DNA of 64,000 bases from Balanoglossus misakiensis (lineage: Eukaryota; Animalia; Hemichordata), in contig CM082580.2 of assembly GCA_040954595.2 (NCBI GenBank), forward strand, positions 7,914,390 to 7,978,389, read 5' to 3'. Made by a program: the position numbers and the translations under genes. Each line of letters opens with the position of its first letter. Position 1 is the stretch's first letter. Under the pieces are notes generated by a model. That model was not told the DNA's origin and did not search any database. It worked only from the letters and a program-made list of their open reading frames with translations. Below, piece by piece: positions 1 through 18,964 of this stretch.

Positions 1-3000
1 TAAACGAGAACATTGTGTCATGTTATGATTGAATTAGGGGTACAGCACATCATTGTAAACTACCACGGTAGTCTGTTTCCCATTGAAATCAGCCAGAGGT
101 TTATTCTTCACATAGCATCATCATGATCATGGGTGGAATTAAAAGCTCTGGCTCATGAGAATGGGATTGCCACCTTGATGTATGATTTGGTGATGTGTTA
201 CATGTACTGGCATTTGGGATAATAAGTGAATGCAGGTTTTTGGATCTCTCATTCCAATTCACCCATTTTGTCTATCAGCTGTGATCTGTGTGTTCTGACC
301 TTCAGGGCAGCAGAGTGGTGGCAGGTGCACAAGTACAGACAGAGACTACATTTACAGAGGTGAACTACATCTTTATTGACAGCTGCCCAAATAAAACATT
401 AGTCTACAACCTCACATGAACAATCAACACTGTAAATATCTCAGTAAAAGCATATTTTCCCTGCAACATAACTGAAGATATATAAACTAAAAATTAACAT
501 AACAGCGAAATGAAAATTTACAATATTACTTTTGAACCATGGTTCTTTTGGTCTACATTGGTAAGAGTACAAGCATTGTCCTGATTGGCTGTTCCATTAC
601 CATGACAGCTGTAGCAGCCAATCAGTGTACACTTTGCTCGGGGAAAGGTGGACCATGCCACTTCAAAGTGGTTTCAGTGAAGCCTGACTATGAATCCTGC
701 TACTGGCATAAGTGTGGAATTCTGGGTAAAATGGCAGAGGTCGAAGTTCACTGGACAGAGTGACATGACTATGGATGGAAGAGCTTTGGAACTACAAAGA
801 GGTGCATTCGGAAGACACAGTGAGATCTAAAACGTTGTGTGGACTTACAAAACTACTAGAACTTCATCAGATGGCAAAGATGGCAATTATGCTTACCTAA
901 TCACTGACCATGTTGCAGAGGGAACTTCGCCCCAAGTCTGGGTAAAAGACGCAGGTCTACTGCAGGTAAAGTAATTAATTATGAATCAAAATGTGCACTG
1001 TGTTGTTATAAACATGTCAAAATGTTAAAGCACTTATAAAGCCCTGTGCTGGGTCATCCAAAGTGGCAAATAATTTTTGCGACCACAAGGTTGCCAGTAA
1101 TGACAACTTCCCGCAAAGGCCACCTAGTATAACGATGAATTTTCCAGGCAGAAAATCAACTTGGGGAACAGAGCTGCTCTAAATTGCAGCATAATCATGT
1201 TCCTGTCCACGACAATTTTCCATATACATGTTTGTACGTTTCAAAAGCATGATCATAATCTGAATATCAAACAGTAGTAATCGTGTGAATTTAATTACAC
1301 TAAATTATAAAACTTACATGTAACCAGTACACCTATCAAAGACAGTAATAATTTACCAATTTTTCTTGTGTATATTGTAATTCATAAAATAATTTAGACT
1401 GTAATTATACCTTGAATGTACACTTAAAATCTGTAGTAAATGCAGCACTATTCTTATTAAAATAAAAGCCTCTGGAGATTTACAGGCAATATAATACCAT
1501 CACAAAACTGACAACAGTGGTCAAAATAAGGTAAATTATGTCATGGGGGACCAACAGATTCTAACTGGAGTACACTACACTTTATGATGCCTGTGAAAAA
1601 CATGACCAGAGTGATTGAGAGGAGAGAGACACCTTAAAATTCACAGTTATGTGCAAAGAACCATGATATGGACTCACAAAGCACCATAATATTTTCATAT
1701 ATGAACTTCACCAATGAAGAGAATACATCTACTTATAACACTCCTTAAGATATACATAATGTATCAGCTCTGGAGATATTCTGAAATGTTTACGAAGTGC
1801 AAATTGCACTCAACTGGTTTATGAAACAATCACAAATCGTTTTGTTTTTTTCACTATACCATTTACGTATCTTGACCACAGCTGATTTTCTATAGGCTAG
1901 AATAATATGGTGTTACTAATCCCTGTGGTCAAACAAGTTTACACACGTCTGATAATATTGTTGAAAAAAATAAAAAGTCAAAAAAATTTGATATTTCAGA
2001 TTTGGAAAAGGCAACAATTATCAGGTAGTAAAGTTTCAAGATTTCATTTCAGTGACTTATTCCCAAGATATATCGAAGATATTTTAATTTTTTTAAATGC
2101 ATATCAGAAACCACCAATGTTGATCTTGTGCACATAATTTTCACCGAAGCATCCATAGTAACAGTTATTCTTTGTGAATCTCTGCACACCAAGGTAACTT
2201 TGGCAAGTAGTTACATTGCAAGATACATTATACTGTAATTGTACAAGCAGTTAAGAGAGTCATATATCAGTCTTTTCTCGATTTCACACTTTAATTCACA
2301 AGCAGTTATATCATCTAGTCTCTTGTGCGATACCAGGCAGGCTAGACTTGCATCTAGAGTAAAATTAGACTAAAAATTAACACATCTCACAGAACAAAAC
2401 CAAATTTTTGATCAAAAGGGGCCATTTTTTAAAAAGCTTTACGTTTACATGGTGACTTTTGTATACGTTGGTCATTGCTTCTTACAATATACAAAACAAT
2501 GTGAAAAATTTGGATAAAAACCAAAAAGTGTTTCAGGTGGTAGGGCCTAGATGACGTCTAAAATTTGTGAGTCTGTAACATACTCATCTTGCACATTTTC
2601 AATTTCCTTTCGGTCGTCCATTGGACAGCTCAAGCAATAATTAACAACTTTAATCATTGTACATAATATCCATTTACAAGAAACAAATCTGTTTTTAAAA
2701 GCCTAATACCAAGCATTTTCTTTGATAAATATATATTTCCATTACAAAATGTCAAACCCAAACCATGACAATCTCATGTCTAGCAACCTATACAGTAATA
2801 CATTTAGTAACTATTGCTGTAATACTTTCGTGGCAACGTTATTCGATTTTTGTAATAAACGTGCATACACCTGTGATGGAGACTACATGTATATGTCACC
2901 AACAGCTGTGTATGTACGCCAGTGATGTCATCAAAAGCTGTGCGCAAATACAGATGATGTTATAGAAACTATATACTTATGATGACATCATCAAAAGAAG

Positions 3001-3645
3001 TGTACAAGTCTTACCAATACATTCACTGGCCTTTAGGATCATAAAATATTGGCCAACAACCCAAGAACCATTTTGCCTTTAATACTTGTAAATCATAACA
3101 ATACATTTTTTACAGTTTCAGAAGACATGAAAATCCACTCCACTACTTAACAGTCTGTGCTAATGCACAAAATCAAAAGCGTTATAATTTAAAATATTTT
3201 TTTTTTCAAAAAATAATTTGAGAGCTATTTAATGAAAAAAAATACATACAGATAGTAGATTGCAAACTGGTATACTGACTGTATATCGCATTTCAAGCCC
3301 AAGAATATTTTTCACTTCATGAGATAAAACTCGTTTCCCATAGACTGGGACTGTTCGACAAAATAGGGAAGGGAAGAAATTCTTGTTTGTAGCAAAACAT
3401 TAATCGGTAAATATCACATTAAAATGTATGACCCAAGACTGGTTAATACCCTGAATGTCATCTGAGTTTAATTCTGAGGTGTGTATAGACCATAATTATG
3501 GCGATATGTCCACTCGACATCTGCATGGGACAGCAGAGTGAATGGGAAATCAACGTAACTGAAAATATATGCTCATGAAGAATGGTCATTTTTTGTGCTC
3601 ATTAATATACATTTCTGCAGCTTCTTTTCCAAGCACTCCAACATA

Positions 3646-4848
3646 TCATTTCTTTCTCAACCAACCGAGATACCCTCCTCTCACTGCATCCATTGGTTTA
3701 TCGCTGTTCTCGGACAGGTCCACGTAGCTGTCCAGCTCCGTTTCGTCCAGCATCTCGAAACCGGCAATATCTGCGTCAATGTCTGAAGGCGTGTGAATTT
3801 CGGGGATCGCCGACTTGTCGGGTGTCGCGTCGCTCGGTTCCGGCTGCTCTGAGGTTGTCACGGCGGCCGAGGAGGTATCGCTGCCGAACAGAGCGTCTTT
3901 CGACTGTCTCAAGGCTGAGTACGTGCCCTGCATTACGGTGTTCACAGTCTGCGAGACAAATTCCGAGGTCTTGCTGCCAAGGTGCGCCTTGGCGTCGTCC
4001 GTCTCCGTGTCGGAGTCCCTGGAAAGCTCGTTTACGTCCGGGAATTGCAAACCGTGGGAAATGGACTTTTCGGCTTCGTCGTCCGAGTCCTCGAAGTGAG
4101 AGGGAACAAAATGTATGGCGTCATTTTGAGCATCATCTGATTGCACGCCACCTGTTGTGGGTTCGGTCTCTTGAGTGCCGCCAAAGCCAATCTGTATGAT
4201 CGGAATGAGGTCCAGCGGCAAGTTCTCCGCACTTCCTTGCAAGAGGGAGTCGTCGTGGGCCGGAAATTCACCGATTCCCGCCATAAAGCTGGCTTCATTG
4301 TCAGTTTGATTCTCTGTAAACAACAACAAAAAACCCAGACACATTCAAACATGACATCCCACATATTGCTGTTCCAATTTGTATTGGGAAAACATGACAG
4401 GGATGGATTATATGTGGATTATAGGTGATTGGAAAGATAGAAAAGAAGGCAGGTAGTGGCAAATCCTTGGCAACGTTGAAATCATGGGCGTATTAAAAAT
4501 GTCGAGAGAGTTTCGCAGGGGTGATTGGTCCATCACTGACACTGAACAAAAATAAGGCAGCTAACAAAACCACCAGTTGCTGTGCACCAAAAATAGAAAC
4601 TCGTCAGAAAAGATGGTAGAACAGAATGCGTATGTTACACTGTGTTAATTGAAATTGACTTCATCACAAAGTATTTTGAAAGTGACAGCCAAGGTCATAG
4701 CCAATTCAATGTTACAGACACAAAGGTAGAGTCGGGTGGCCTACTGCCGATAAAAGCATTTCACCCAGACAGCAAGCCCTCAGTTTCCACCACAGTTCTT
4801 GTACCAATTATCATGCGTACATTTGCCCGCACACAGGCATGTACCCCA

Positions 4849-4884
<36 letters not shown>

Positions 4885-7800
4885 TACAGATGCATGCAGT
4901 ATCTGACTAATCTACAACTATGGGCACTAAATGAAATGATGCTGTCACAAGAGTTTATTGAGGGAAAAGTCAGGGTGAAAGTACAAGGAGCAGAGAGGAG
5001 ACGAAAATGGATGCACTGCGAGGATGTTTCTACAGAGAGGGAAAACCAGAGGATGATCCAGACGGAGGATGGATGGATGGATGGAAACGTCAGATCATGC
5101 TACCTTCGTCGAGTATGCGGGAAAACGACGGCTCTCGGGAGATCCTGCCGATGAGACTGGAAGCTTCCTCCTCGGATATGTCCGAGGCCGAGTCGGGATC
5201 GGTCACAGCTCTGGCCAGCGCTGCCGTGGTCTCGGGGTCCTCGGAGGGCATGAACTCTGCAATGTCGCTGTCGCTCTCGGAGATGTCCTCCGCTTGACCG
5301 CCGCTGTCTTCGGCCGATTTGGAGCAGAGTCGCTTTCCTGTGTACCGGGAGAAAAGGCACAATTTAGAAATGTTGCACGATTTGAACTTATCGGATGATT
5401 CTGTAATACCTGCTGTTAGTGTTACAAGCCATTAATGCCATCGCACTGAAAATAGAACATAGACATTTACAAGCTAGATCACAGTCTTTAGTTATATATG
5501 CCGGTATACAGTAATAGCAATGAGAGGCATGCACACAAACTTACGTCTTCGCCTTGTGGTCTTACTCCTCATCATGCTATACTCCAACTGCATCCACAGT
5601 GGCTCCAATTTGTTGTAAATCTTTTGGTTGATGCTGTGGTACTCCACCACTGGCCATAGCAACAGACTCAGGACTGTGAAAACATAAACGTTTGAGACAT
5701 GAGTGTACCATCATTGATGGTTTCAATTCAGCACTTTCTGTACATTTTTTTATTTTCCTGCAGATATTGGTTGATGTGGTTTTATTTTGATCATAAAATA
5801 TGTCCCAACTAGCAAACACTGAGAATGAAGTCTTACCCATGATGTAGGCCAGCATGACCCCAGGTATGTAATGACCAATTATTATTAAAGTTGCACATAT
5901 TGAGCACATTGACAGACAAAACTAAAAAGCAAACAAAAGAGAAATATATATATACTGATTAGCATGAACAACGAAGACAGCTGTGTATAAAATGTAAGAT
6001 TCCAATACTACAGCTGCCATAATGTATCATGATTTAATGTCATCTTGACATTTATAACACAAGTGGCACGGGATATGCTGAATGGAAGTGCATACATGAC
6101 CTAGGGCACAATCATTTGCACAGCACTAAATGACATTTGCAAAATAACAGCGAGCGAGAAACTGTCTTAAAAGGATAATTTTCTTTCATACATACATATG
6201 CACACAAACAAATACAATTTTTTTATGATATCTTAATCTTACCTTGCCAGGCTGTTCATTTCTCACAACCCAAACCCATTCACAGAATGACGTGAAAGAC
6301 ACACACATCTCTGCTAGATGATGACACAGCTCTGGTACACTCAATAGCTTGGGATGCACCGGTGTCCAGCTGTTGAAAATCACAAGAACAATTGTTCCGT
6401 TTGAAATTTTCATTCACTGCCATTTCTTGGTTTTATAACCAGCTGTTACCACATTATATAACACTGATAGCTCTTTCATTTCTGCAGTGATGTTGTTCAT
6501 TTTATGAGAACTTTATTTACAACCCGATACTCTAAAATCACCTTTCTGCTGCTCACATCAAAGACCTATCACAGTTTACAGCAGCACAAAGAAAATCAAT
6601 GTAAGAACCTTTGTCAAACACAGGACAAACTGCATGTATCTCCTTCCGACATGACTTGGCAGTCATCCCAAAATATCCCATTTATAGTTTGACAGGTCAA
6701 GATTCAGAGCACAGTAGAGTAGAGAAATCTATTAAATGCAATATGGCATTCTTGTCTTTGGTTTTAAAAACTCTGTGTCATATCCTAACGCGGCAACAGT
6801 CCGACTTTCTACTACAGGTATTACAGATCTATGCAATAATATACTGGTTTGTAGGCTCGACTTTCATTTTTGAAAGTGCCAGGTAACCTGAATTAATAAA
6901 CATGAACCTAGGGTCAGAAACCTGTTTAAAATGCATACTAGGGTTGGTAAGCCGAATACTCTCCTTGAAACACTATGGTTGGCAACCTGAATAATCTAAA
7001 AAAAGCCACTTGAAATCTCCGCTGACTCTTGTATCTGGCTGGTCAAGGTCAAATTCTCTGTATCATTTGACATTGACAAATCAGAGGTCAATTCATTGGC
7101 CAGACTACAAACAAGATATACCTTCCTCATGTCATGATACAATGCAGGTTTGAAAAATAAATAAGTAAATATGTACAGTTACAGTACCAGCAAAAGAGAT
7201 GTACACAGAAAAGTCAATATAATTAGGTTTACTATTTTCAATAACAAAAGATGACAATGTGTCCTATTTTCAAACTTTGTTAACCGCAATGGGAGTTACA
7301 GGGTGGGCAATGTAGAACCTTGTCTTGATATGATACGTTGGCTATTTGGATGGCAGGAAATTCAAAACTGAGTCACTGTGGTTATTCAATTGTGACAAAT
7401 TGTGACAAATGAGTCATATTTTTCCTCAAATAGTCCATGATTAATTAAGTCTTAATTTACCATCAAAACCTGTTGATGATGTCATCATGATTGAGCAAAC
7501 AGCTCATCAACATGACAGTGTTCATTAGGAGAATATGTTTGCGAAGTTTATTAATTGAATTTATACAAGGCATACTAGGTCTAGACATTGCAGATACAAG
7601 CTTACAACAGACTTAATTATTACTTGATAGTTATTTATCTATTATTTCCCCACCAATTCAAGTCTTCCAATAGTTTATGCAAACTGGGCAGACAGTGAAT
7701 TATGTCTTAATTGAAGCTTCATATGCCTGATACACTCAAGATCATGACCTAATTCACATTTGGTTATGCATGACATCACAATACGTCACCCATAGCTACA

Positions 7801-10597
7801 AATGTGGCAATGCTACTCTAAGGCACAATGGTAAGAAGTATAAATCACAGCCCGGGCTGAAAAATCCACACTGGAAGTTTGACACTATTTTGGTATGATA
7901 GTCATGCCAGATAATATCAACTTTCACAGTTGCAGTTTCTATTCTAACCAAACAACACCCACTGGCATGTTTCATACATGTCATTTTTTGTCAGCGAAGA
8001 TTGAGTTTCATAGGCTAAACATTACGCAGAGAAATGCTTTTATGTTTATTGATAACTACATTATATATCGCCATGCCATCGTTAGTTTTATTTCAATACT
8101 AATCAATCATTGCCAATTTGCTCAATTAATCATGTTATATGCTCATTTGTCGAGCATTACCAGAAACACAATACCAGACTTCACTTGGCCAATGTGGACC
8201 AAGTGATGATTATTTTAATTTATTTACCCCTTTCATCAAAAATATTTGGTCAAATCCTATCGTTTTTTAATTGTACACTATAGTAGAGGTGGCATGGCTG
8301 GTTACAACATACCTCAGCCGAGCTTTAATGATTGGCAAAATCACAATATATCAGAAATTTCAACTCACATGATTAAATTTCCTCACTGTTACAAAATGTT
8401 TAAATGATTTGAAATGACACAAAGGTATTGGAATGAAATGTCAACAACTATCAAAAACCAGATGGTGAATGTACCTATTTATAGCTGAATTACAATTAAT
8501 TCAATATGAATAATTCATTGTCATTACATTACAAATTTTAAATGTAAAGTATTAAAACTTGCGACCTACTTCCATTCAATCATAATTTACTCATTCAAAT
8601 TTAAAACCCTTTTAAAATCTGTCATTAATTTTTCCTACTTTTCAAACGAACAACAGTCTTGTGATGTATGTTCAATAACCAAATACATTTTACTGGTAAA
8701 CATATATTTACAATCCATTTTTCTGATGGCTACATTGTAATTTTCGATGGTAACTATGGCAAAATTTGCATAGGTGACTATACCTTTAAAGGCTGGATTT
8801 ATATTTTTAACGATAACAGTGTTTACAAACAATGCGGGTTGTGTTGATAAGTTTAATACTAGGAATTTCGTCATACTGCAGGCAGGCAAACTGAGATAAA
8901 CAGCAGAATGTTATTGATGATGGAGCTTTTACTAATCAATACATAATCTGTTCTACTTTTCTCATGTCATGGCCCTGAACTTTGTTCTTTCATTGCCTTG
9001 TTTTGGTCCAATCCTATTGTTTCCAGATAATAGACAACAGTGCATACATACACCTTGCGTCAAAGCAGTATAGACTACCTCTAGGATGTAAAAACAAGCA
9101 ATTTACACATCTCAGCAGACATGACAAGGTCAATTACAAGTACTGACAGTTTAAATCAGAATTATATCAATAATTTACAAACTCAATGCCACAATCACAG
9201 CACCAACTCTGTTTGATCTCTGTCAACAGTGGTTTACAAGTTCTGAAGTTTACGTTTGAATAATAAATGACAATCCAGCTTACAAACATACTCGGGCAAT
9301 AAAGTTACACAAATATTGCACACCACTTCTAATGCCAAACTGTCCAAGTGCATACGTATAAGTATATAAGTCTTCTCTAGAATCTCCTTTGAGATGTCTA
9401 GGCAGTCCCAAAATTATCGTCCAGTCATGTGTGGCCAGTTTCACATTTTCACATAACAGCCATATGGGTGCATATAATCAAATTGGCAAGTCAATCTTAA
9501 TGAAGATACAAGAAATAGTACACAAAAATTGTGTGTATCTAAAATATGTCAAAGTTTGTTTTGACGTAAATGTTATGTCTATACATGTATTTTTAATTCA
9601 AATGCAGACCACTAATATTCAAAAGTAGATTTGTGGTGTGAAAACGCAATGCATGACCTGTAACCTACTTTTAAATATGCATTGTTATTCAGATCTGAGT
9701 GTGTTTGTTTCCATGTTATTAATAAAGTTAGTACCCAAATATATATTCACACCTAATTAAACATAACGGTTTGTGGTATACGCAAACATCCTGTGGTGTG
9801 ACCGTTAGTTTTGTTGTCTACGCTACTCGCATCTATTTTGGGTAACTTACTGTTACAAGATCAGAAAGTACACGCCAGCATTGCGGCAAAACTTGGCAAA
9901 TGCCCAAAATGTATCACGCGGTCTTTTACACAACACAACATCAACAAAATTCAGAACTCACCCTTCTTCGTTGTCATCCGGCTTGGGTACTTGAAAACAA
10001 AACAGAGATACACGCTGGAGTTACAAGTCGGTTAACAGTTAGCCTTGGACACATAACTCGATCATAATATCATATGAATTAAAAGACATGGCGAGACATT
10101 TGACTTAAAATCCATACACACGTACACGCACCTCGTATTTCTGGCCAAATTCGGGATTTCCACGCCTCCACGAACACCACCACCATACCGGTGATCGCGA
10201 GCAAAAACACCACCCGGTAGCTGGTCGTTGAGACAAACCTGTAAGGAGGTACACAACACATTACGTAGCAAGAATCCGAGCGCGGCCCCGTGAATCAAGG
10301 ACGGGATCCTGAACTGTGTCCAAGACATTACATTTACAGTGCGTTTAAAATTTTAATGAGCGCGACTCACCAGAAGGCTCCGTTGACGCAGAGAAACATG
10401 ACGACGCTGTGTCCCGGCTTTTCCCACACAAGCACACCTTGCATGTACATTATCACAGGCTCGAGTGGGACAAGAACTTTCTTCAGCTTTTCCTCTTTCG
10501 CGCTGATCAGTCGCATGGTCTCTGCGTCCGCCGGATCGGCCGTTTGAGGTCGGTACTCCGACAGGGCCGGTCCTTGACAATCTCGATCCTCAGCCAT
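3646..10597 (-). CDS. RETREG3: Reticulophagy regulator (FAM134/RETREG family, RETREG3-like) ER-phagy receptor, 8 coding exons
   Basis: Exons read with GT/AG ends: 10597-10371, 10238-10132, 9989-9962, 6369-6243, 5921-5837, 5673-5545, ~5337-5104, ~4315-3646. Peptides [40 protein letters not shown] and [13 protein letters not shown] match the FAM134 reticulon-homology region. An acidic tail carries the LIR-like motif [13 protein letters not shown] (FAM134 LIR is DDFELL). Confidence 0.9.
4850..4880. repeat. (CA)n microsatellite
   Basis: Direct read. Confidence 0.95.
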
Positions 10598-10838
10598 CTT
10601 TGACAGTGCAGTTCTATGCGCACAGTCTGTTTCTGTTTTTGTTTTGCTATGACGTCACACGATAATATAACTCTCGCACTTTTGGAGAATACCGCAGAAC
10701 GCGAGAGTGAGTATTGCGCAGGCTCGGAGGACAGTCTTCAAACTTTAGCGCCAGGGAAAGTCTCGGTGCGGTGTTGACGTTCAAAATAATTACTCCAAAG
10801 ATACCTACGAACAACATTAGAATCGACAGAGTTCCGCC
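10598..10838. promoter_or_regulatory. Compact bidirectional promoter between RETREG-like and gamma-tubulin genes
   Basis: Only 241 bp separate the divergent ATGs (10597 on -, 10839 on +). Perfect CRE palindrome TGACGTCA at 10650-10657, TGCGCA motifs near 10617 and 10715, and an inverted pair ACTCTCGC...GCGAGAGT (~10670-10708). Confidence 0.7.
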
Positions 10839-14706
<3,868 letters not shown>

Positions 14707-16107
14707 GGACCTACTTGTATATTTACTTTGTCTATGTGGTGTTTGTCTTTTTGGAGTCGGTGGACCCTCTTTCAGTGTTTACAGAACTTTGTGATGTGTA
14801 CATAATCTTATATTTTGTACTATGATAGAGCCTTTAGTTTTTGACTGAATTGGGTGCGAAATGAATGTTACGAGTTAACAATGCTCACCTCTTCTATCTT
14901 TGCATTTTGCTGTAAATCTTACAGCACACAATAATCATTGATTATTACCCATAAATTTTGTTTCAGCATTTTGACAACCCTTTCCTTCAGTTTTCACAAT
15001 CCCCAAACTGCCATCATTTTGCATTATATTTACATTTTACTACTTATTAAAAATCATTTATAGAGACACTTCACCAGAAGTTAACTTGTACCAAAGCCAA
15101 GATTGTGTTGACTTCTTGGTTTGGTGCATGTCTGTTCGACACTCTTGTTGAAATGTCACAAAGTGCCTTAGTCATATTTGCATTCCAATCTCATATACTC
15201 ATTGCAAATCCCCCTAAGAAATTCTCTATAATAGTAGCCTGGCTCAGACCCCTTTTGCATCTTATCCTAGGTGAAGCCCAGGTGGATATTTTATGATCCT
15301 CTGTCACTTACACATCTGCATACACACACAGCTAGTGACTACCACAAACATTCGCTCACCGCAAAAATCACAGCACAGTCAGTTTAATAATCACTGGTAC
15401 ATGCTTTATTGATGTATATATTAGGAATGACTGCTATCAAATATTACAAAATAAACATCGCTGCCATGAGTGATCTGTTTTGTTGATTAGTACACAAACA
15501 CACTTCCATTTGTCTGTTTAGAAACCGCAGTATCATTGAACTTGCTGACCACAGTTGTATCCACTATTGATCTATCTCCACTCATACAGTGTGTGCTCTA
15601 TACATAATCAGGAAATGCCTTATCGTGACAATTTTTCATGTGTACATATAAATTATGGTAATTATTCAAAAATATTTTGACAATGCTCCTTTTACTCAGA
15701 ACTAATTTGGAGCAAATTTTTACAATGCTCATTTTGACTCTGAAACAAACATGATACATGTAATCATTTTTAAGCAGAACCAATCTTTTCCATGATGCTC
15801 ATGGTACAAAAGAATGTGCTACTTGCTGTACATGTAGCTGCTAATGTTCCAAGTGTCCGTACCATAATCAGCAACTTTTTATGGCGTTATCCATAATACA
15901 ATACAGAGGCAGTGATTGAGAGGTTTGGCAGTGTTACATCACTTGATGACAAAGTATCACAAAGTAATCTTGAAATGAACGGCAGTGAAACCTTTCTCAT
16001 TGGAGTAAACATAAACATTTTTATCAAAACAGTAAGACCTCAGTAGACTTAGACAGATGATGTCAAAACTGAACCTAATCCTCAATTAGGAATTATCCGG
16101 CAAACTA

Positions 16108-18291
16108 TCAACTTACTGTTTTATACTGGAAGTCCCCATAGTGACTCCGGTAATACACGACATAACACGGTAAGATGTGGTGCGAGTGAAATATTATAAG
16201 TTCTTTTACATCTGGAGATGTGTGGGAATCGTGGCCTGTCATTCTGGCTGCACCATGTATCAACTTATCACACCTGTAAGCCTGTATGTCAGATAAAAAG
16301 TCCAATGAAATAGAACAGTCGTTAACATTGGATTAACAATAGAAATAGCAAGAACCATTGAGGGAAAAAAGTTATAAATACAATGTAGATGTTAGATACC
16401 TTTCCCAGTAGGACAAGGCAGAGTAGAAGTCTGTTTCCTCCTTTGATGTAACCCATGGCATAGTTAGGATACTCGCTGAAATAAACACCACTACCATAGA
16501 AACCGGTGTCTGTGGCATGCTTAAATCCTTCATCACCTGACACAAATAGAAAACTATAAATGAGCTCCGGCTTTACCCTTTGAACCCGACACAGAAGGAA
16601 AGTACTGCAGTGAAAAGGGTAGTAGCACTTCCACACCAGTACATGTACAAGATACTCACCAGGTACTCTGAAACCTTCCCTTACAATAGAATCTATGTTA
16701 TCATCCACGGTTCCATGGAATGCTAGCACTGGGTAGGACATCTCTTCACCACGATTCTTCTTCAATTTTTCTCTAGCTTTCCTGTGACAAAACAACTTTG
16801 GATCAATTTTCTGTGTGGGAAATTCACGAATCAAAATGTAATGTAGATGTGACATAGGTGAGCTAATGCCCCCACGTCCACACAAGCCTGTAAGTTGTGT
16901 ATATCCTTACATACAGTAACATTTATGGTAAATTTTGATGGTTGTAGAGTCAACTGAATTAAATTGTGACATAATTATGTTTCAGGCTTATGATACTAAC
17001 TGCATCAAAGAGACTTACTTGAACCGCTTGACAAGTTCTGGTGCCACGACATAATCAACTTTTTCAATACGTACACTGAAAAACACACACATGGAAAATA
17101 GTTACATATATTTGATCCTTCCAACTTGACAAACTCGTTCAAATTCTTCCGTGTGATCGGTAATCTGTCGCTGCTCAGCCACTGTGGCCTTTCTGTTATT
17201 CCACACTCAATTTTGAAGTCAGGCAAGGGAGACTTGTCAATGTTATTAATACTCAAACTTACTTTGCTCCTGGTGCAAGCAATCTGTAAAACTGTGATTC
17301 TGCCAGTCGGAAATGAATCTGTAGGAAAACACCAAAGACTACGTAAGAAATACCATACGCAAGATATTGCATTCTATAATCAACCACAACCACTTGTAAA
17401 TGTCTCATAACATTTAAAATAGATAACGTCAAGAATAGTTTTGCGAGTCAAACAAGAATAAAATAATGGCCCTTAAGTGAAATGTTCTCCAAGTCCAATT
17501 GAAATCAGCAGGCATTTTCCCCTACACTTTAAAAGAACTGACCTGATTGGCTGATCCTTCTTTGTATTCTCGCTCAGCAAAGAGTGGGAAATACTTGACA
17601 TCATTCCCAGCTAGAGCTTCCTTTTCACCATCAATCAACGGCATCTCTTTTCCAAGCTGTAACATAAGTGTTTTAAAATTACTGGGGTGGGAAGACAAAA
17701 AAGGCATCTGACACAGTGGATGCACATCAGTGGATGCACATCGCAAATTTATCACAAAAATACAAAAACATGGAATTTTAGTGAGGGCAATCGAATCACT
17801 TGCAGGTAGATTTTTAATAGAAGTGGATAGTGCCAAATACAAGCTCTCTATAGAGAATTTACATGTAACAGGGTACAAAATAACAGCAGGTTTTAGCAAT
17901 CATGAACAATTCTGTATGATCATTGTACAACCTTTTCTTGCATTCTGGCCAATTCAGCCTCCTTTTCTTGGATTTTCTTCTTTGTTTGCATCAACTCTTC
18001 TTTCATCTTTTTCTTGGCTTCCATCGCATAAATAATCAGTTCTTTCCTCTCTTCCTCCGTTAGCTGGGAGTACTTCTTCACAATAGATGGACCTCTGGAG
18101 ACTGCCTGCACTGGTTTCTTTGGACGGTTCTTTTCCGGTTATAATTTTTCAGGCCAGTTTAGGGAAAAATTAATACACATCTTTCAGTTAATTAGTTTAC
18201 TGTACTCCAATGTTGAAAAATCTGTCAGTCAGTCAATCAATCAACCAATCAATTAATTAAAATAATTATTAATTTATTAACAATCAGTCAA

Positions 18292-18344
<53 letters not shown>

Positions 18345-18964
18345 ACTTTGATTTTGATTTGAGAATAAAATTAAGTAATGGTTTAGCATCCCCCTGCGAC
18401 TTTGTCACTCCGTATAAGAGATAAATAAGTTATAAAATACTCAGAGTAGATTCTTATGGTTGCAAAGAAATGATACGCAAATGAGGTATACGGTACCATT
18501 TCGTTGTCGGAGTCTGTACTACTATCTTCACATGATTCTGTGTCGTCACCACTATCTGCATCCCCAGCGTTCTCCGTATCCGTGACCTTTTGGGCATCTG
18601 GGTCAGTCCTGTTTGATAGTGGATGCCAAAACTCGGCGAAGTGGAATAGGTTTCTTCTGTAGCACAGTGCTCCATACGGACATACCGGCAGGTCTTTCGA
18701 AGAACTGGCGCCAGCAGCACCAGGATCCCTGGCACTGGATGATGCTGTACGAGAAGCTTGGTCAGCAGATTCTGTTCTCTGGCTTTTCAACTTGGCGCCA
18801 TCGGCGGTGGACGGTTTCTTCGGAGTTGCTGGGTGTCTGTATTCTCTACGATGCTTAGGGTTTTTCCGGTAACACGACGGTCCATACGGACAAATTGGCA
18901 AATCATAGTTTATTGCCACCGAGGCCAGAACTCTCCGCCTTTTCTTTACTGGATCGGTAGCCAT
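16108..18964 (-). CDS. Tandem PBZ (PAR-binding zinc finger) plus PARP-family ADP-ribosyltransferase catalytic domain protein, about 8 exons
   Basis: Exon 1 (18964-18497) has two PBZ motifs, CPYGPSCYRKNPKHRREYRHP and CPYGALCYRRNLFHFAEFWHP. Further exons ~18130-17932 (acceptor uncertain, coiled-coil), ~17657-17543, ~17318-17263, ~17074-17020, ~16781-16660 (AFHGT), ~16537-16400 (GFYGSGVYFS), ~16281-16108 (DSH..KELIIF..ILPCYVVYY). The 3' end could splice further because a GTAAGT overlaps the last codons. Confidence 0.85.
18294..18344. repeat. (GATT)n microsatellite
   Basis: Direct read; a short complementary (CAAT)/(CAGT) run lies at ~18222-18253. Confidence 0.93.

Noticed and set aside
539-965. 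Short ORF and a cag|gtaaag donor-like site near the window start
   Set aside because: No recognisable protein similarity or consistent exon chain; probably 3'UTR or intergenic sequence downstream of the RETREG-like gene.
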